Source of the DNA: Batkoa obscura
Lineage: Eukaryota
DNA: 64,000 nucleotides
Assembly (NCBI GenBank): GCA_030770535.1
Contig: JASVEC010000026.1
Location: 1-64,000, forward strand
Direction of reading: 5' to 3'
Positions 49,498-62,719 of this stretch are shown here, piece by piece. A program made the position numbers and the translations under genes. How positions within the stretch are numbered: the first letter of the stretch is position 1; every line of letters begins with the position of its first letter. The notes under the pieces were generated by a model. That model was not told where the DNA came from, made no database searches, and saw nothing but the letters and a program-made list of their open reading frames with translations.

Positions 49498-50430
49498 TTA
49501 AGAAGATTGAGACATAGATATTATGTTATAACTGTATTTATGAAATGCGTTTTTTTCTATTTATTTAGTCTGTTTTATTTCACTATATTATTTAACACAT
49601 AGTATAAGACACTAACCAGGCAAGTAGTGCCTTTTCACTGTAAAAAAAGCCCTATTTTAAATAAAGGTTCATATCAGTAAAAATTAATTAAGTGTTTCCA
49701 GTTTCTTTCTTTTTTTGGGCAAATCTTAGCCATAAAGACTGCGGAATTAAAGTAAAAATTGACTTGGTTTAAAATTTTGATATTTATAGCTAAAATAAAT
49801 TTCAAACAAAAAAAATAATTTAACCTGAAAAAGTGAATTTGTTTTAGCTAAATAGTTGTTTTATTAAATTTTTTTTAAAGATAGCTAAGCGGTATCTCAT
49901 TGTTAATGGTATGAAGCTAAAATTGATTTTTTTTAATTGAATAAGATTTTTAAAATATTAGCAAAAACTGTTTATTGAAAATTGAGTATTTAATTTATAA
50001 AATTATATTTTTTTGATATAGTCAATGAATTGGCTGCCGTCATTTCTGTCCAAAAAAGAAAGTTATCTCTGAGAATACCTAATAACTTGATTTGAAAACT
50101 AGCTATTATAAACTTTTAATAAGGCTGGGTTGGGGCTAGGGTTAGAGTTTTTATTTTATTAAGATTAATTAGCGATTACTCCATAAAGATTAATACCTTA
50201 CCAAAAAAACAGTTATTACCTTCGTCAGTATCCCCTACACTTTATTTTTATCATAGTAAACACACTTTAGATAAGCAATTAATGACGCCAATAGTCACTC
50301 TACGAAAAATGATCTTATATGGATAAATCGTCCTGCTATCCATTCCTTAACCCAAGAACAATGATCGCTTTTGGGTTAGTATAACAGCAATAACACGACA
50401 AACCTTTAACTAGCATGCCTAATAAAGCAT

Positions 50431-52177
50431 TATAATCCGGTGTAAGAAGGGCAACAAAACCAAGTATATGCACCTTCATCATTCAACTTTTCGTTGAAGG
50501 GTTTTTAATAAGGGACCAGAATGTACTAAACTCTTGTTTTTTTTTGACATTTAGAAATAAATTTTTTGGAATAAATACTAGAATCCGATTGATGACAAAG
50601 TATAGCTATTTCCAAGCCCAAGCAATAAAAAAAAATGGGAGCCATAGAATACCTTATTGAAACCCTTGGATAATATACCATCATATCTTTCTTCGGTAAG
50701 TATCAACAGCTTACATAATTTAATGCTGTCTAAACGGGCTTGGGAATAGTGTTCCATAAATATTAAAAAATTGTCTTCATTTCTAGACTTGATAACTTTA
50801 TATATGAAAAAACTAACGTGCAAATTAAGTATTAACTTGAATGTTGCTAAAATGAGGTTTGATATGAAAATGTTATCTTCAATAGTGATATCATGGATCG
50901 TGTTTAATACCTCATCTTCAGTCTGGATTAAATTTTCAGAATAAATTAATCTCATGCATTCTGTTAATTCGATCAGTTTTTTATAAATTTGTTTAGTGTC
51001 ATAATTTCCGCTTTGTAAAGCATCGTTGTCCCAAAATGTCGAGCTTTTCACTTTGACCGTGTGGTGGAAAAGGTGGACGAATAATTGTTCTTTTTCTTTA
51101 CGGGCCTATAAAATTATTACTATTATTATTATGGAAATAAAGCTACTGTTATTGTTTTACTTACCAGTATGGTATGTTTATACAACTCTCCTAAATCTTT
51201 AATAAAAGTGATATCTAAAAGCGACTCATTGTTTGGATTATGGGGCGGTTTGGGATGAAACAAAGAAGTTAGTACATCTATTGATAAACAATGAACCCAA
51301 GACTTTATAGTCTCAATTTCAGCTTCTGTTAACTCAGATGGACTCTTTAAAACATTCAAGTTATGTAAGCCTAAAATTTGCCCCATTCTAAAAAAATTAT
51401 AAACTCATATTATTAAAACTATTGAAAAAGTCGCATACTTAATAGCTTCCGCTGAAATACAAAATGCTCTAAATGGCCTTGAGTGTCCCATCTCCATAAA
51501 CATCAGCAATAACATAGCCTGTAAAACACTTAAACTTGGATCCTTTTTTTTACTCAAAAGTTTTCTAGTATATTGATAATGTGGATTATCATCTATATCT
51601 AATAATGGTAGATGCTTTGAATAATTGTAGATTTTTATAGCAATTGCACATATTGCAGATATCAACGTTTTATCCCCCAAATCTTGACTATGAATGGTGG
51701 ATCGTACCCTTGATTCATGTAAAAAAGGTTGTGCAGGGTGATGGTATTTGAAATAAATATCTAAAAGTTCTTGCTCTATTCCAAAAACTGAATTCATTAA
51801 AATTCACAAAATGAGATGATTTACTTGTGTTTCTCAATTTCACTGTTTGCGAGCTAGAGTAATGTCTTTTAACGGAACCCCTTTTTATTTCTGGCATCTC
51901 GTTATTAACCTCTGTTGCCGAGATAGAAGAACTAGAATTATTGCTTTCTAGTGGGTAGTTTATAATATCTTTATACTTTTCTAATAATTCTTCCATGCTA
52001 TTGCGTTTTTTATTAAGTCGTTCAAAATCTTTAGCACTAATACCTTCAGCTACTTCTTCTCCCTTTTAGCTTAAGTATTGACAATAAACCCAACTTTGAT
52101 ACATCGACTACATGGGTAGCTTAAATCACACTTTTTTTACGCTTGTGGCAGCTCATACAGCTCTTTTGTGTACGCAT
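50431..52177 (-). pseudogene. Zn2Cys6 transcription factor, copy 5, pseudogene
   Basis: Frameshifts in the Zn-cluster region (~52135, ~52088), TAA at 52066-52068, a +1 shift near 50630 and a TGA near 50484. Confidence 0.85.
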
Positions 52178-52968
52178 TTGACTGGTTTTTATTAAAGTGC
52201 TACTTCTTGACTATTTTTAAATAACAAAATTTGCTAAATTACAAAATGATTTTAATAGCTTACATTAGTTTTGGTAATGAGAATAAATTGAAAGTAGTTT
52301 ATCCAAAAAGTAGAATGTTACATTCTTTTGATGAGTGCTTTAGTAAACTTCAATTACTTTAATAAGTCAACAAGTTTTACTTTATTTTTTTATGTTCTCT
52401 ATAAATTATAGTATACCCCTACTCTATACTATTACTTATCTTCAACAGATTTTTTTTTACTAATAAATTATTTTATTAATCTGATAACTAATATGTTTAA
52501 TTGTAAACTTTTCTAAAATAGTATACTGCGCAAAATAATTTGAAATTCTTCAATAACCAAATTCGAGAACGAAAATGACATACCAAGGAATAAACTGTTC
52601 TCCCGAATTTAAGATTTAAGATTTAAGTATTAACATTACAAACGTAGTTCTTTTAAATATCGTACTTTCATAGGAATGTCATTTTTTGTTTCATTATCTC
52701 ACTAATATTTATTGTTAGTTACATGTTATTTAAAAATGGAGAAATAAATGAAACCAAGAAAAATGCCTTCATATATTTTTTATTTTACTATAATAAACTC
52801 AATTTAAATAAACATTTCAATAAGGCTGATGACTTCTCTTCATAAAATAGTTAACTTTTAAAAATAAATTTCCCTTCTGTTCATCCCCCCAGTATAAAAA
52901 TACTACAATATTCCCTTCTACTACGGCATAATAGTAATTGTACAATAATATATCAACTTCTACTACCC

Positions 52969-54723
52969 TCAGGTATGATAATCTGGTGTAGGGGGGACAA
53001 TGGAACCAGGAATATGTAATCTCATCATCTGATTTTTAGTCAAAGGGTTTTTAATAAGAGGCCAAAACACGCTAAATTCTTGTTGTTTAAGTAGACATAA
53101 ATTGATAAATTTTTTTGAAGCTAAAGTGGGATCATCTTGATGGCATAGCATAGCCACTTCTAGCCCCAAACAATAACAAAAATGGGATCCATAGATTACT
53201 TTACCAAATTCTTTACCCACTATGGCAATATATCTCTCTTCTGAACGTGACAATAAATTATATAATTCAATACTTCCCGATCGAGCTTTTAAATAGTGCT
53301 CCATTGATAATAAAACATCAGCGTCATCCCCAAGTTCACTTACTTTATAAACAAGGTAATTAGCAAGTAAATTAAAAGATGCTTTAAAACTAGCTAAAGC
53401 AAGGTTAGAAATGAAAGCATAATCATCCATCTGTTCACAATCTTCTAGAGTCAGTATGATTTTCGAATCATATAAAAGGTCAAAGACATCCAATTTCATA
53501 CTTTCGATTAATTGTATCAAATCTCTATATACTTCTTTCGTATTATAAGTACCACTTTGTAATACATTATTAACAGAAAAAGTGGATTTTTTGACTTTTA
53601 CCATATGATAAAAGAAATGGATATAAATATATTCTTTCTCATATCGACTCTATAGAAAATAAATAATGAATTTGATACTTAAATAGGTGTCTTATCTTCT
53701 TTGAACTTACCGGTGTACTATAACGATAAGTTTCTCCCAGATTTCTAATAAACCTATTTTCCAAAGGCGACTCATTGCTTCGAGTATGCGTTGGTTTCGA
53801 ATAAAAAAGTGAAGTTAACATATCCAACGATAAACAATGAACCCAACATTTTATAGGCTCGGTTTCAGCTTCTGTTAACTCAGATGGACTCTTTAAAACA
53901 TTCAAGTTATGTAAGCCTAAAATTTGCCCCATTCTAAAAAAATTATAAACTCATATTATTAAAACTATTGAAAAAGTCGCATACTTAATAGCTTCCGCTG
54001 AAATACAAAATGCTCTAAATGGCCTTGAGTGTCCCATCTCCATAAACTCTAGTAATAACATAGCCTGTAAAACACTTAAACTTGGCTTTTTTTTCTTAAC
54101 TAACAATCTTCTAGCTCGTTGATAATAAGGGTTATCGTCAATCTCTAATAGTGGCAGACGTCTTAAATAGTTATAAATTTTTAAAGCAATCGCACAGATT
54201 GCTGATATCAATGTTTGATCCCCTAAATCTTGATTATTGATAGTTGAACGTACTCGTAGTTCCCATAAAAATGGTAAGGCCGGGTGGTGGTATTTGAAAT
54301 AAATATCTATGAGTTCTTGGTCAATCCCTAAAATTTGTTCAATCTACGGTTAATTATAAAAAAATCATTCTTACTTGTATTTGTCAACTCTATTGTTTGT
54401 GGACTAGAGTTGTATCTTTTATCAGAGTCCATAATTAGTTCTGGCATCTTACCACTTATTGTAATTGTTGAAATAGACGAATTGGAATTATTGCTTTCTG
54501 GTGGAGAGTTTATTATTGACTTGAAGTTTTCTACCAACTCTTCCATTTTACTCCATTTTTTATCTAACCTCTCGATGTCTTTTGTATTAACATCTTCAAC
54601 TACATCTTTTTGATTTAAATATTGACAATCCACTCCAATTTTAATGCATCGACTACATGGGTAGCTTAAATCACACTTTTGCTTACGTTTGTGACAGCTT
54701 ATACAGCTCTTTTGAGGACGCAT
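52969..54723 (-). CDS. Zn2Cys6 transcription factor, copy 6 (4 exons)
   Basis: Intact Zn cluster, same exon structure. Confidence 0.85.
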
Positions 54724-56118
54724 TTGGTGACTTTTTTTGCTTTTAAAGTGTTAAAAGAGGATTTTTTTGATAAGGAATTTAGCTTATTTGGAATTATTCC
54801 TTGGTTTTTATTTGTTTATGATTAATTTCAGAATTGGGAAAAAACTAGTAGGAAGTTTGTTTACCCGAAATGAAAAAAGTAATAACTTTAATGTTTCACG
54901 AATGGGTGCTTTAATGAAAATTAAGATTTTAACACGTATATTATTTTAGCCATATCATAATATTTATTTTCATTATTTATACACTGTTTTTGTGTTTTTT
55001 TAGTAACTAAATGCATTGTTTTTTACTATTATTTTTAGTGATCTGATAATCGGAATGTCTAATTATAATACTTCCTAAAATGGATGCTGCGGAGCATAGA
55101 TTAAATTTTTTCAGCTCCAATTTAAATAAAAGCAATGGTATTACATCAAGAAGTGAATTGTTATCCCAATATTAAATTTTTAGATTTTAGACGTGTCAAT
55201 ACTAATCATCATTTTAACTACTTAGCTTGTGTTTTTGTCTATAAATAATTTCAAAACTCAATAAGGAGTTGGGAATTAATGATATTTAAACTAAAATCGA
55301 TCAATAGGAATGATTAAATTAATATAAATTAGCAAATATTTTATTTTGGTAATTTTGCGTTTAAATTTAAAAAAAAGGATTTCTTCACCCTTATACTATT
55401 TTGCTATAAATGAACTTCAATTATGAATTGCTTTACAAGCAATTAGACACAACTAGTCTATGCTTTAATAAGCCATTGATGTACTATTAAAACATCTGAT
55501 TTTAAATCTACAACTGAAACCGCTATTTTAGTTTTGATATGCTGTTGATAGCTTGCTATTATTTGGTTTTCCGAAGATAATTTGGAAATAATAAGTTTTA
55601 AAAATATGATAAGTGATAATAGCACAAATGATAACAGCACAAATGATAAACTAATACTTGTAAATGAGAGAGTCAGAAAATTATTCAGAATCATAAAGAA
55701 TAAAGTAGTCCCAATAAATATGAGAGTTTGAGCTTCGTTAATGTAATAAATAAAATTTTTGGTTGAGATTTCAATTTGTTGGATAAAGTCTACTTCTCTA
55801 AAATTGATCAAAAAGGCAGGCAAGGTTCAACTTTGGATACCCAACTTAAATTAAGTAGCAATGTTCACAAATTTAAATGATGAGGGTATTTCTTAATGAG
55901 TGTAAAAGATTTTACACTAGGTTTAAATTAAAATACACATTGCCTTTTTATTCAAAATGCTGCTTTAATGTTACATTGGTGTTGATATCGGCGTCATATT
56001 GTGTATATGTTAGGGATGATGATATAGTCTTTAAGTTTTAAATTGAACAACAACATACATTTTATGAATTAAAAGTTGATGTAAAGAAATTTGAGAGCTT
56101 TTTTGTTTACATTAAATG

Positions 56119-56225
56119 ATACGGTGGTGTTTTTTTTTTGGCTTCATCGCTTTTTCCATCTTTTAAGCGCTATTTGAGTGGGAAAATTGTTAGTAAAATT
56201 CTTACACAAAAATACATCCCCATAT
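56119..56225. mobile_element. ~105-bp MITE copy
   Basis: atacggtggtgt...acatccccatat plus family core. Confidence 0.82.
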
Positions 56226-56760
56226 CCTCACCTTTTTTCTGTAACTGAGTGTAATATAGATTAAGTGTACTCAAAGTGAAATTTTGCGAAAAAGTTGAAT
56301 TCTGTATTGTTTTCATAGAATTGAACACAGTTAGCTTATGGGTTAGCAGTTAATTTATGTACTATTAAAACATTTGATTCTAAATTTATAAACTAGGAAT
56401 TAATATAATGCTTTATAAGAAACAATATCTTATTGTTGTTAGTTTAGCCTTTCTGCTTCAATAATTTAATTAAATTAACTATTTCAAAAATATAGATAAA
56501 TTTCATTATAGCAGATAATATTACTTATAATAATTAAATCTTTATAAATCCATCTTTTATAAAATTTAAAAAAAATTACAAATACTCAAATGTAAAGACT
56601 TATAAAATAGTTTATTTTTGTTGAAGTTTACTTTAAATGATGTGTTATTTAAGGAAAAAATCTCCCAGCTCATAATACCCCCTCATCTTACTAATAAAGG
56701 CTGTAAAAAGTTTTTAAATAATCTTTGGTCTATTTAGTAATTATAGTTAAAGAAACAAAA

Positions 56761-56860
56761 GGGGATGGTATTTTCTGTTTGAGATTTCTACTATTAATTT
56801 TTCATTTAATAACGCTCAAAAAATGGAAAACTAAATAAAACTAGAGAAGACATCCTCGTA
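56761..56860. mobile_element. Old, degenerate MITE copy
   Basis: ggggatggtattttctgtttgag...aacgctcaaaaaatggaaaa...acatcctcgta. Confidence 0.6.
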
Positions 56861-58186
56861 AATTTGTTTGAAAGAGCCCAAAATATTTTTTAAGTCTTAG
56901 TAATTTAATTTTTAAAATTAGAAAACAATAACCATCGTATTATTATGTAAATTTGGAAATAAAACCTTTTAGTCTGATAATAAATCTAGCAATAAATCCA
57001 TACACCAATTTTTCTTATAAAAAACAGGAACTATATAAAATAAAAATCAAATACACAAACCGACTATTTAGTTTAATTCTCAAATATTTAATAAAATAAA
57101 TTCAAAGGTAGCACTTTTTAAATTTTAAGACAAAAATGGTTTCATTATAAACTTTAATAAACTCCTTAATTTTAGATATATACTTTTATAATACCTTGTT
57201 CTCGTTTAGAGAACAATATAAAACAAATTAAAACCTAGTATTAAATGGTATCATCATTATTAAAATAGCATCTACCTCGTTTCATAACGTACACAATTTA
57301 TCAAAGTACTTATCTAATATAATAATATCATAGATACAAATAAATACTATAAAAAGACTATTGCATGTAAATGTTATCTTTTATATTCTATCTTCTTAAA
57401 AAATCCACTAAAATCTATCTTTTTCTATATTGTTCGATATCTGCTTTGCAATTGATTTAAATATCATTGTAGGGTGCGAAAGAGTGCCAAATTAAGTACG
57501 TCCTAATCGTTGTGAATCATAATGAAAGAGCTAGTGAATTAGCAACGTGAAAGTTTTAAACATTTTTAGATTCTGTTGAATCCACAACTATTTTCTCGGC
57601 ATTAACTATTGACAATTTTTATAGTTCATCTAAAAATCTAACCCTTAAATGTTGATTCCGCTTGAAAACAAGATTTTCAATGATTTGTAAATTTTAGCTT
57701 GGTTCTTTTACCCCAGTTTATGACTTAGAGATTGTAGGGTGAAATGTAAGAAAGTTATAGCTATTGCGGCTCTATTATGACCTAATTTGTGGAAATTTTT
57801 AGAGCCAGATATTTTTCTGTTTGGTTTTTTTAAATACTTGATTCTTAGATTTCAACCAAATTTTATCTAAATTTTGCTCTTAAATAATAGTTAAATAGGT
57901 CACAATAGAATTGTAACAACTGTAAAACAAAACTAAAGAATAATAATAATTATAGTTTAAGAGTTTATAAACCAAGAAACTGAATAATAAGAACCTAGAT
58001 ATAGCCTTGGGTGGAGCTAAGCTAATCTATATTTAGACATATTTTATTTATATCAGTAAATTTCAACCTTAATGTATATTGATGCATAGTCAATATCTAC
58101 ACCTAATGCTAAGTTAAAGTATATAAATACAATGGAAGGTCAACTATTAAGGTTAAATTTTAGCTGTAAATAAAAATAAAAATAAA

Positions 58187-58636
58187 ATGAATTTTATAGA
58201 AAGTAATAATTATGTTGCAAACGATCCGATTATATTATTTGGCAAATATAAAGAGAGCAAATTCGATCATGTTAGACAAGCTTTAAAAAGCTTAAAGCAT
58301 CAAGCTTCAGACGAGTATCTTTATAAAAGAGGATGTTTAATTTTTGTGCCAAGTACTGTTTCAAACAAACCAAATGTGCCTAAAAAAAGGCAGTCTATCA
58401 TATCGCAGATTTCTATCGAATCTAAAGTTAGCAAAAAGGCAAGCTGCCGTAATGATATCAAAGAGTCCAATCCCTTAATTAAAGGTTTCGATTCAAGGAA
58501 ACAAGAATCTATTTCAGATTTCGATAAAATGATTAATCAGGGCTTTACTAATTCTTCAAACGAACCCCCCTGCTATACTCTTAAAATCACTTTAACTCCT
58601 CCCATTGCTAAAAATATTTGTGATCTCTCTTCTTAA
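58187..58636 (+). CDS. Hypothetical protein (149 aa; true start uncertain)
   Basis: Open frame richer in GC than its flanks, TATA upstream, AATAAA downstream; no family recognised. Confidence 0.55.
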   Translation: MNFIESNNYVANDPIILFGKYKESKFDHVRQALKSLKHQASDEYLYKRGCLIFVPSTVSNKPNVPKKRQSIISQISIESKVSKKASCRNDIKESNPLIKGFDSRKQESISDFDKMINQGFTNSSNEPPCYTLKITLTPPIAKNICDLSS

Positions 58637-59358
58637 TTTTGATATGCTTTATTTATTTGCTTTTAATCGTTAATAAAATTAATAATACAATAAACATTTG
58701 ATTTGTTTTTACGGAGCTGTAATATCTATTTTAATATTAACACTATGAATATTTCAGATTGCTTGGCATTGATTTTATTTTAATCCCTATTATTTCTTTC
58801 AACTACTGAATTGGCATTATTGGCTATAACAAAGCTCTTGAACAAAGTGACAGATATATATAGAATGAAATTCAATTAAAGAAGGAGATATTCTTTTAAA
58901 AAGTAGATATTAAACAAAATAAAATTGTATCTCAATACTAAACTCAATTCATTAAAATTTTACGGTTTGAATTTCAAAAAATATATGAATGCTACCAAAA
59001 CTACTATTTATCGAATAGAATAACATTGTTATCATACTCAACCTTAATAATGCTTAAACCAGTAGATAAACTATAAAGTTCATCTGATCACAAAAAAATT
59101 TTACTCATGCAATCGTTGAAAATTGATCTTGCCATTTAGTGATTACCATAGTTGGAGCTTTCCTTTGGTTTTACAAAAAACCTTAAAAATCTACCAACTT
59201 TCCAAATTTCCTGCTAAACCTTAGCTAAAATCAAGCATCTATTCACCCTCCTTCCAGTTTAATCCTTAAGGTAATAAACTTGCAAAATTTAAACTAGAGA
59301 TGCTTAATTGGCTATTTTATCACTTTTTAAATTTCCTAATTTTCTAAAATAGACTATT

Positions 59359-59463
59359 GTATGGGGATGTATTTTCTTGTTTAAGAATTTTACTAACAAT
59401 CTTTCCGCTCAAATAGTGCTTAAAAAATAGAAAAAGTAATGAAACCAAAAAACATCCCCGTAT
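59359..59463. mobile_element. ~105-bp MITE copy
   Basis: tatggggatgt...acatccccgta plus family core. Confidence 0.85.
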
Positions 59464-60325
59464 GATTTAAAAAAAATAGACTATAATTTTTTATTATAAA
59501 TATTAGTATGATATTTAAATAATATTATAAATGGTAGAAAATAAATTTACCTCTATAATAACAGTATTTATATTATTCAAATAATAAATAGTAGTTTTCT
59601 TTAAAAAAATAAAGAGTACCAAACTTTACCACATCAATAAAATATTTTGTTTGTTTTTATTTTTACCTTTATTTTTATAATTTAAGACCAAAATCGTTTA
59701 AAAAAATAAAAGCAGCATTTAAAATGATTTGTTGCTAAATATTATAGAATTGTAAAATAATATTCATATTAATATTTTTGTATATAAAACTTTAAAAAAA
59801 TTATAACAACCTTCTTTTAATATACACATATATAAAATTAAAAAATGATTATCAAAAATACCAACGATTTCAATAAAGAATATAAATTGCTATGAATAAT
59901 TAACTAAACGCCTACTTTTCGTTCATACTAATAAAGGTGCCTTAATAAACTAATTTTTTGTTTAAATTTGATTTATTTTTTTAAAAGAACATATCAAAAA
60001 AGTTGCATTTTAAATCATTAATGATGCTTTATTTTAAATTGTGTTCAAATAATAATAACAAAAAAACGATTTCTTTACTCAAACATTTTGATGTTTTTGG
60101 TTTCATAGTTACTATAATTAACAGATAATTCTTTGGTTTTTTGTATAATAATATGAATAAAACAACAAATTGAATATGAAACCATTACTACTCATAAAAT
60201 AATATTACGAAACTAATATTAATAATAAAGCCTAAAATAAGTTTATAAAAAAAATTCTAAAGAGGCTCAATTTAATCCTTTTATTCAAATATCACTAAGT
60301 TTCTATTCTATTTTTAAAAAAGAAA

Positions 60326-62719
60326 TTAGACTACTCGTACCTGTTGTGCTTCCATTTTAATTTGTTTCATTTGTAAACGCTCAACAAATTTATCTTCAGA
60401 TTCAACTAAGGATTTAAGGGTTTGATTACTGCTAATAAGACTATTAATTCTTGCTTGGACTATTTCATTTAATTCGTTATAATGCATCACATTCTTTTTT
60501 AACTTATTGCTTTTAATAATTCCATTATTTGCATCAAAATCTGAATCATTAATAAGTTCATAATATTCTTCTGGATCAATTTCTTCCAATTCCTTGTCTG
60601 TGATAAATTTAATGAAATAGTAAAGATACCCATTTTCTACCTTTAAATTCTTAATTTCATCTTGACACTCCTTGATAACAGCTTCGGTTGCCTTAATTGA
60701 TTCAATCGCTTTCTTGGTTTCTACCTCACTTGATGCTTTAATATCTACCATATTTTGCTTATCCTGTTTGATTCCTTTAATCAAAGCGACGAGCTCATCA
60801 ATATTCACCTTATTTTGTGCATCCTTTTCATTTAATTGTTTACTAAGGCTTTCATTAAACTCTGTTAAGCATTTATGTTCAATCTTAACACTCGAAAGTT
60901 GATCTTCAATACCTTTAATTAAAACGTGTACTGTGGCTAATGCGCGTTCTTTTTCTGCCATCTCTTTTTTAATATTTTGAATCTCAGCAATGAATGATAT
61001 TTTTGATTTTTGCATAATTGTTTCCTTAGTTGTAGTTTCTTTAAGCAATTCCTCGATCTTTTGAAGTTCTTGGGAATTTGATTGTTCCAACTGCGCAATA
61101 TTACGACGAAATTTTTTAAGTAGTGCCAATTCTTCCTTTTTAAGTTTACGTGCATCTGAAAGCTTTTGATCTAATATAGTATGTTGACGAATTATTTTAG
61201 CATAATCAAGGTGACTCTTAGGAGTCATGTTGGGTTCAGATATAATAGGCTTGGTAATAAGCTGCAATGCTGAAGAACGAAATCCCATTACAGTCATGGT
61301 TATCTTATATGGTGTCCCAGGAACTAAACCAATAACAGAAACAGAGCTAGCATCTTTATTTAAAACCCAGTGTGGCCAAACAACCCCATTAATTCTAAAA
61401 GTTACCTCAATTGTGTTCATTACCTCGAAATTAGAAAGTGGACATTCAATTTCTTCAAGTGCTTGTGAACGATTAGCGCAATTTTTTTCTTGAGAACCTT
61501 GGTCATTTATAATAGATTCAGATTTTGACAAGAAATACAAAAAGTTTATAGGAACAAACCATGATAACGTAAGAGTTGTAGGGGTAGAATCTAAAGAGCA
61601 CAGCTCAAAAGAATCGACAATATCACCAAAACATGGTCTTAACACAGTTTGTTCTTCAACTATATCTGAAGGTACTTTTGGACGAGGCGAAGTATTTTTT
61701 CGATTGTTATTCTGCTTTTTACTTTTTACTTTTATATTGTTAGAGTCTTGCTTGGGGTCTGAGTGAGGTGAAGAAACTTTTTCCAACTTACCACTTAATT
61801 TAAGATACTGAAACTTATGAACTATTTCTGCTTTATCATAACCAAATATTGGATTTGAAAAATTTTGATTTCTTAATAAAATAGCTTGTACAACAACTTC
61901 GCCAAGACCTAAAAATGCTGCGTGCCCAATTGCATGAACTGAAATAAAGAAAAATATGCCTGATGGTATTAATTGGATTTCAAGTATGTGATTGAAATAA
62001 GTAAACACAAGTGCATATAAAGTTGTCTGAATTGAAACTCCTCTCAAGCTTCCAACTGTATTTAAATAAGTAAACAAGTCTATAAAAACGCATAACCAAG
62101 AAGTATCAATGTTGGGGTAAAGATGAAAAATAGCAGTACCAACAGCAGCATCTAAAATAAGATGAAACAAAGTAAGCATAAAAAAATCAGAGATTGAAGA
62201 AGTATTGCGATAAAATGGAATAACTGATAAAATAGCTAACAAAATCCATTCTGAGCGGTAATCAACTCCGTTAAGAAGCCATAAGTTGATAAGAGTAAGA
62301 AAAATCCAACCAAAAATAACAGAAAGGTGTTCAGTAAAATTAAGTAATAAATGAATCTTCTTACTATCCTTTGGACCAAAAGAGCATATTGTTTTATCCC
62401 AAAAAGTTAAGTTAAAAGTTGTCTCTTCATAAGTTGAAACGTTTTCATCAACTAAAAGATTTAAACCGTCAATTAATTGAGTTGGACTTTCTATTGCTGA
62501 ATAATTCTTAGGAGATATTAGTGACTTAATGGGAAGATTTGGACTATCCATGAACTCACAATATTTGCTTTCTTTAGAATATGCTGATAAAGAAGTCTTA
62601 ACTAATGGATTACACTTGCACTCATTTAAACAATCTTGCCTATAGGACACTTCCTTCTCCATATTATCCAAAAATCTAGTATTGCAATTTATATTTTCGG
62701 ATACCTGCTTTAATGTCAT
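60326..62719 (-). CDS. 797-aa membrane protein: TM cluster, fibronectin-III-like segment and long coiled coil (fungal AcrB/Nnf2-like architecture)
   Basis: Several TM helices at aa ~125-280; FN3-like TTLTLSW...IGLVPGTPYKITM; heptad-rich C-terminus. The family assignment rests on architecture only. Confidence 0.7.
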   Translation of the reverse strand: MTLKQVSENINCNTRFLDNMEKEVSYRQDCLNECKCNPLVKTSLSAYSKESKYCEFMDSPNLPIKSLISPKNYSAIESPTQLIDGLNLLVDENVSTYEETTFNLTFWDKTICSFGPKDSKKIHLLLNFTEHLSVIFGWIFLTLINLWLLNGVDYRSEWILLAILSVIPFYRNTSSISDFFMLTLFHLILDAAVGTAIFHLYPNIDTSWLCVFIDLFTYLNTVGSLRGVSIQTTLYALVFTYFNHILEIQLIPSGIFFFISVHAIGHAAFLGLGEVVVQAILLRNQNFSNPIFGYDKAEIVHKFQYLKLSGKLEKVSSPHSDPKQDSNNIKVKSKKQNNNRKNTSPRPKVPSDIVEEQTVLRPCFGDIVDSFELCSLDSTPTTLTLSWFVPINFLYFLSKSESIINDQGSQEKNCANRSQALEEIECPLSNFEVMNTIEVTFRINGVVWPHWVLNKDASSVSVIGLVPGTPYKITMTVMGFRSSALQLITKPIISEPNMTPKSHLDYAKIIRQHTILDQKLSDARKLKKEELALLKKFRRNIAQLEQSNSQELQKIEELLKETTTKETIMQKSKISFIAEIQNIKKEMAEKERALATVHVLIKGIEDQLSSVKIEHKCLTEFNESLSKQLNEKDAQNKVNIDELVALIKGIKQDKQNMVDIKASSEVETKKAIESIKATEAVIKECQDEIKNLKVENGYLYYFIKFITDKELEEIDPEEYYELINDSDFDANNGIIKSNKLKKNVMHYNELNEIVQARINSLISSNQTLKSLVESEDKFVERLQMKQIKMEAQQVRVV

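Noticed and set aside
49645..50125. Possible ~480-bp foldback element
   Set aside because: The inverted similarity is weak and mostly due to A/T runs.
50122..50144. Telomere-like/G4-like ggctgggttggggctagggttag
   Set aside because: Too short and degenerate; only three full G-runs.
55458..55823. 121-aa hydrophobic ORF
   Set aside because: TTG start and low complexity with no recognisable family. A shorter TM protein from ATG 55694 cannot be excluded but is unsupported.
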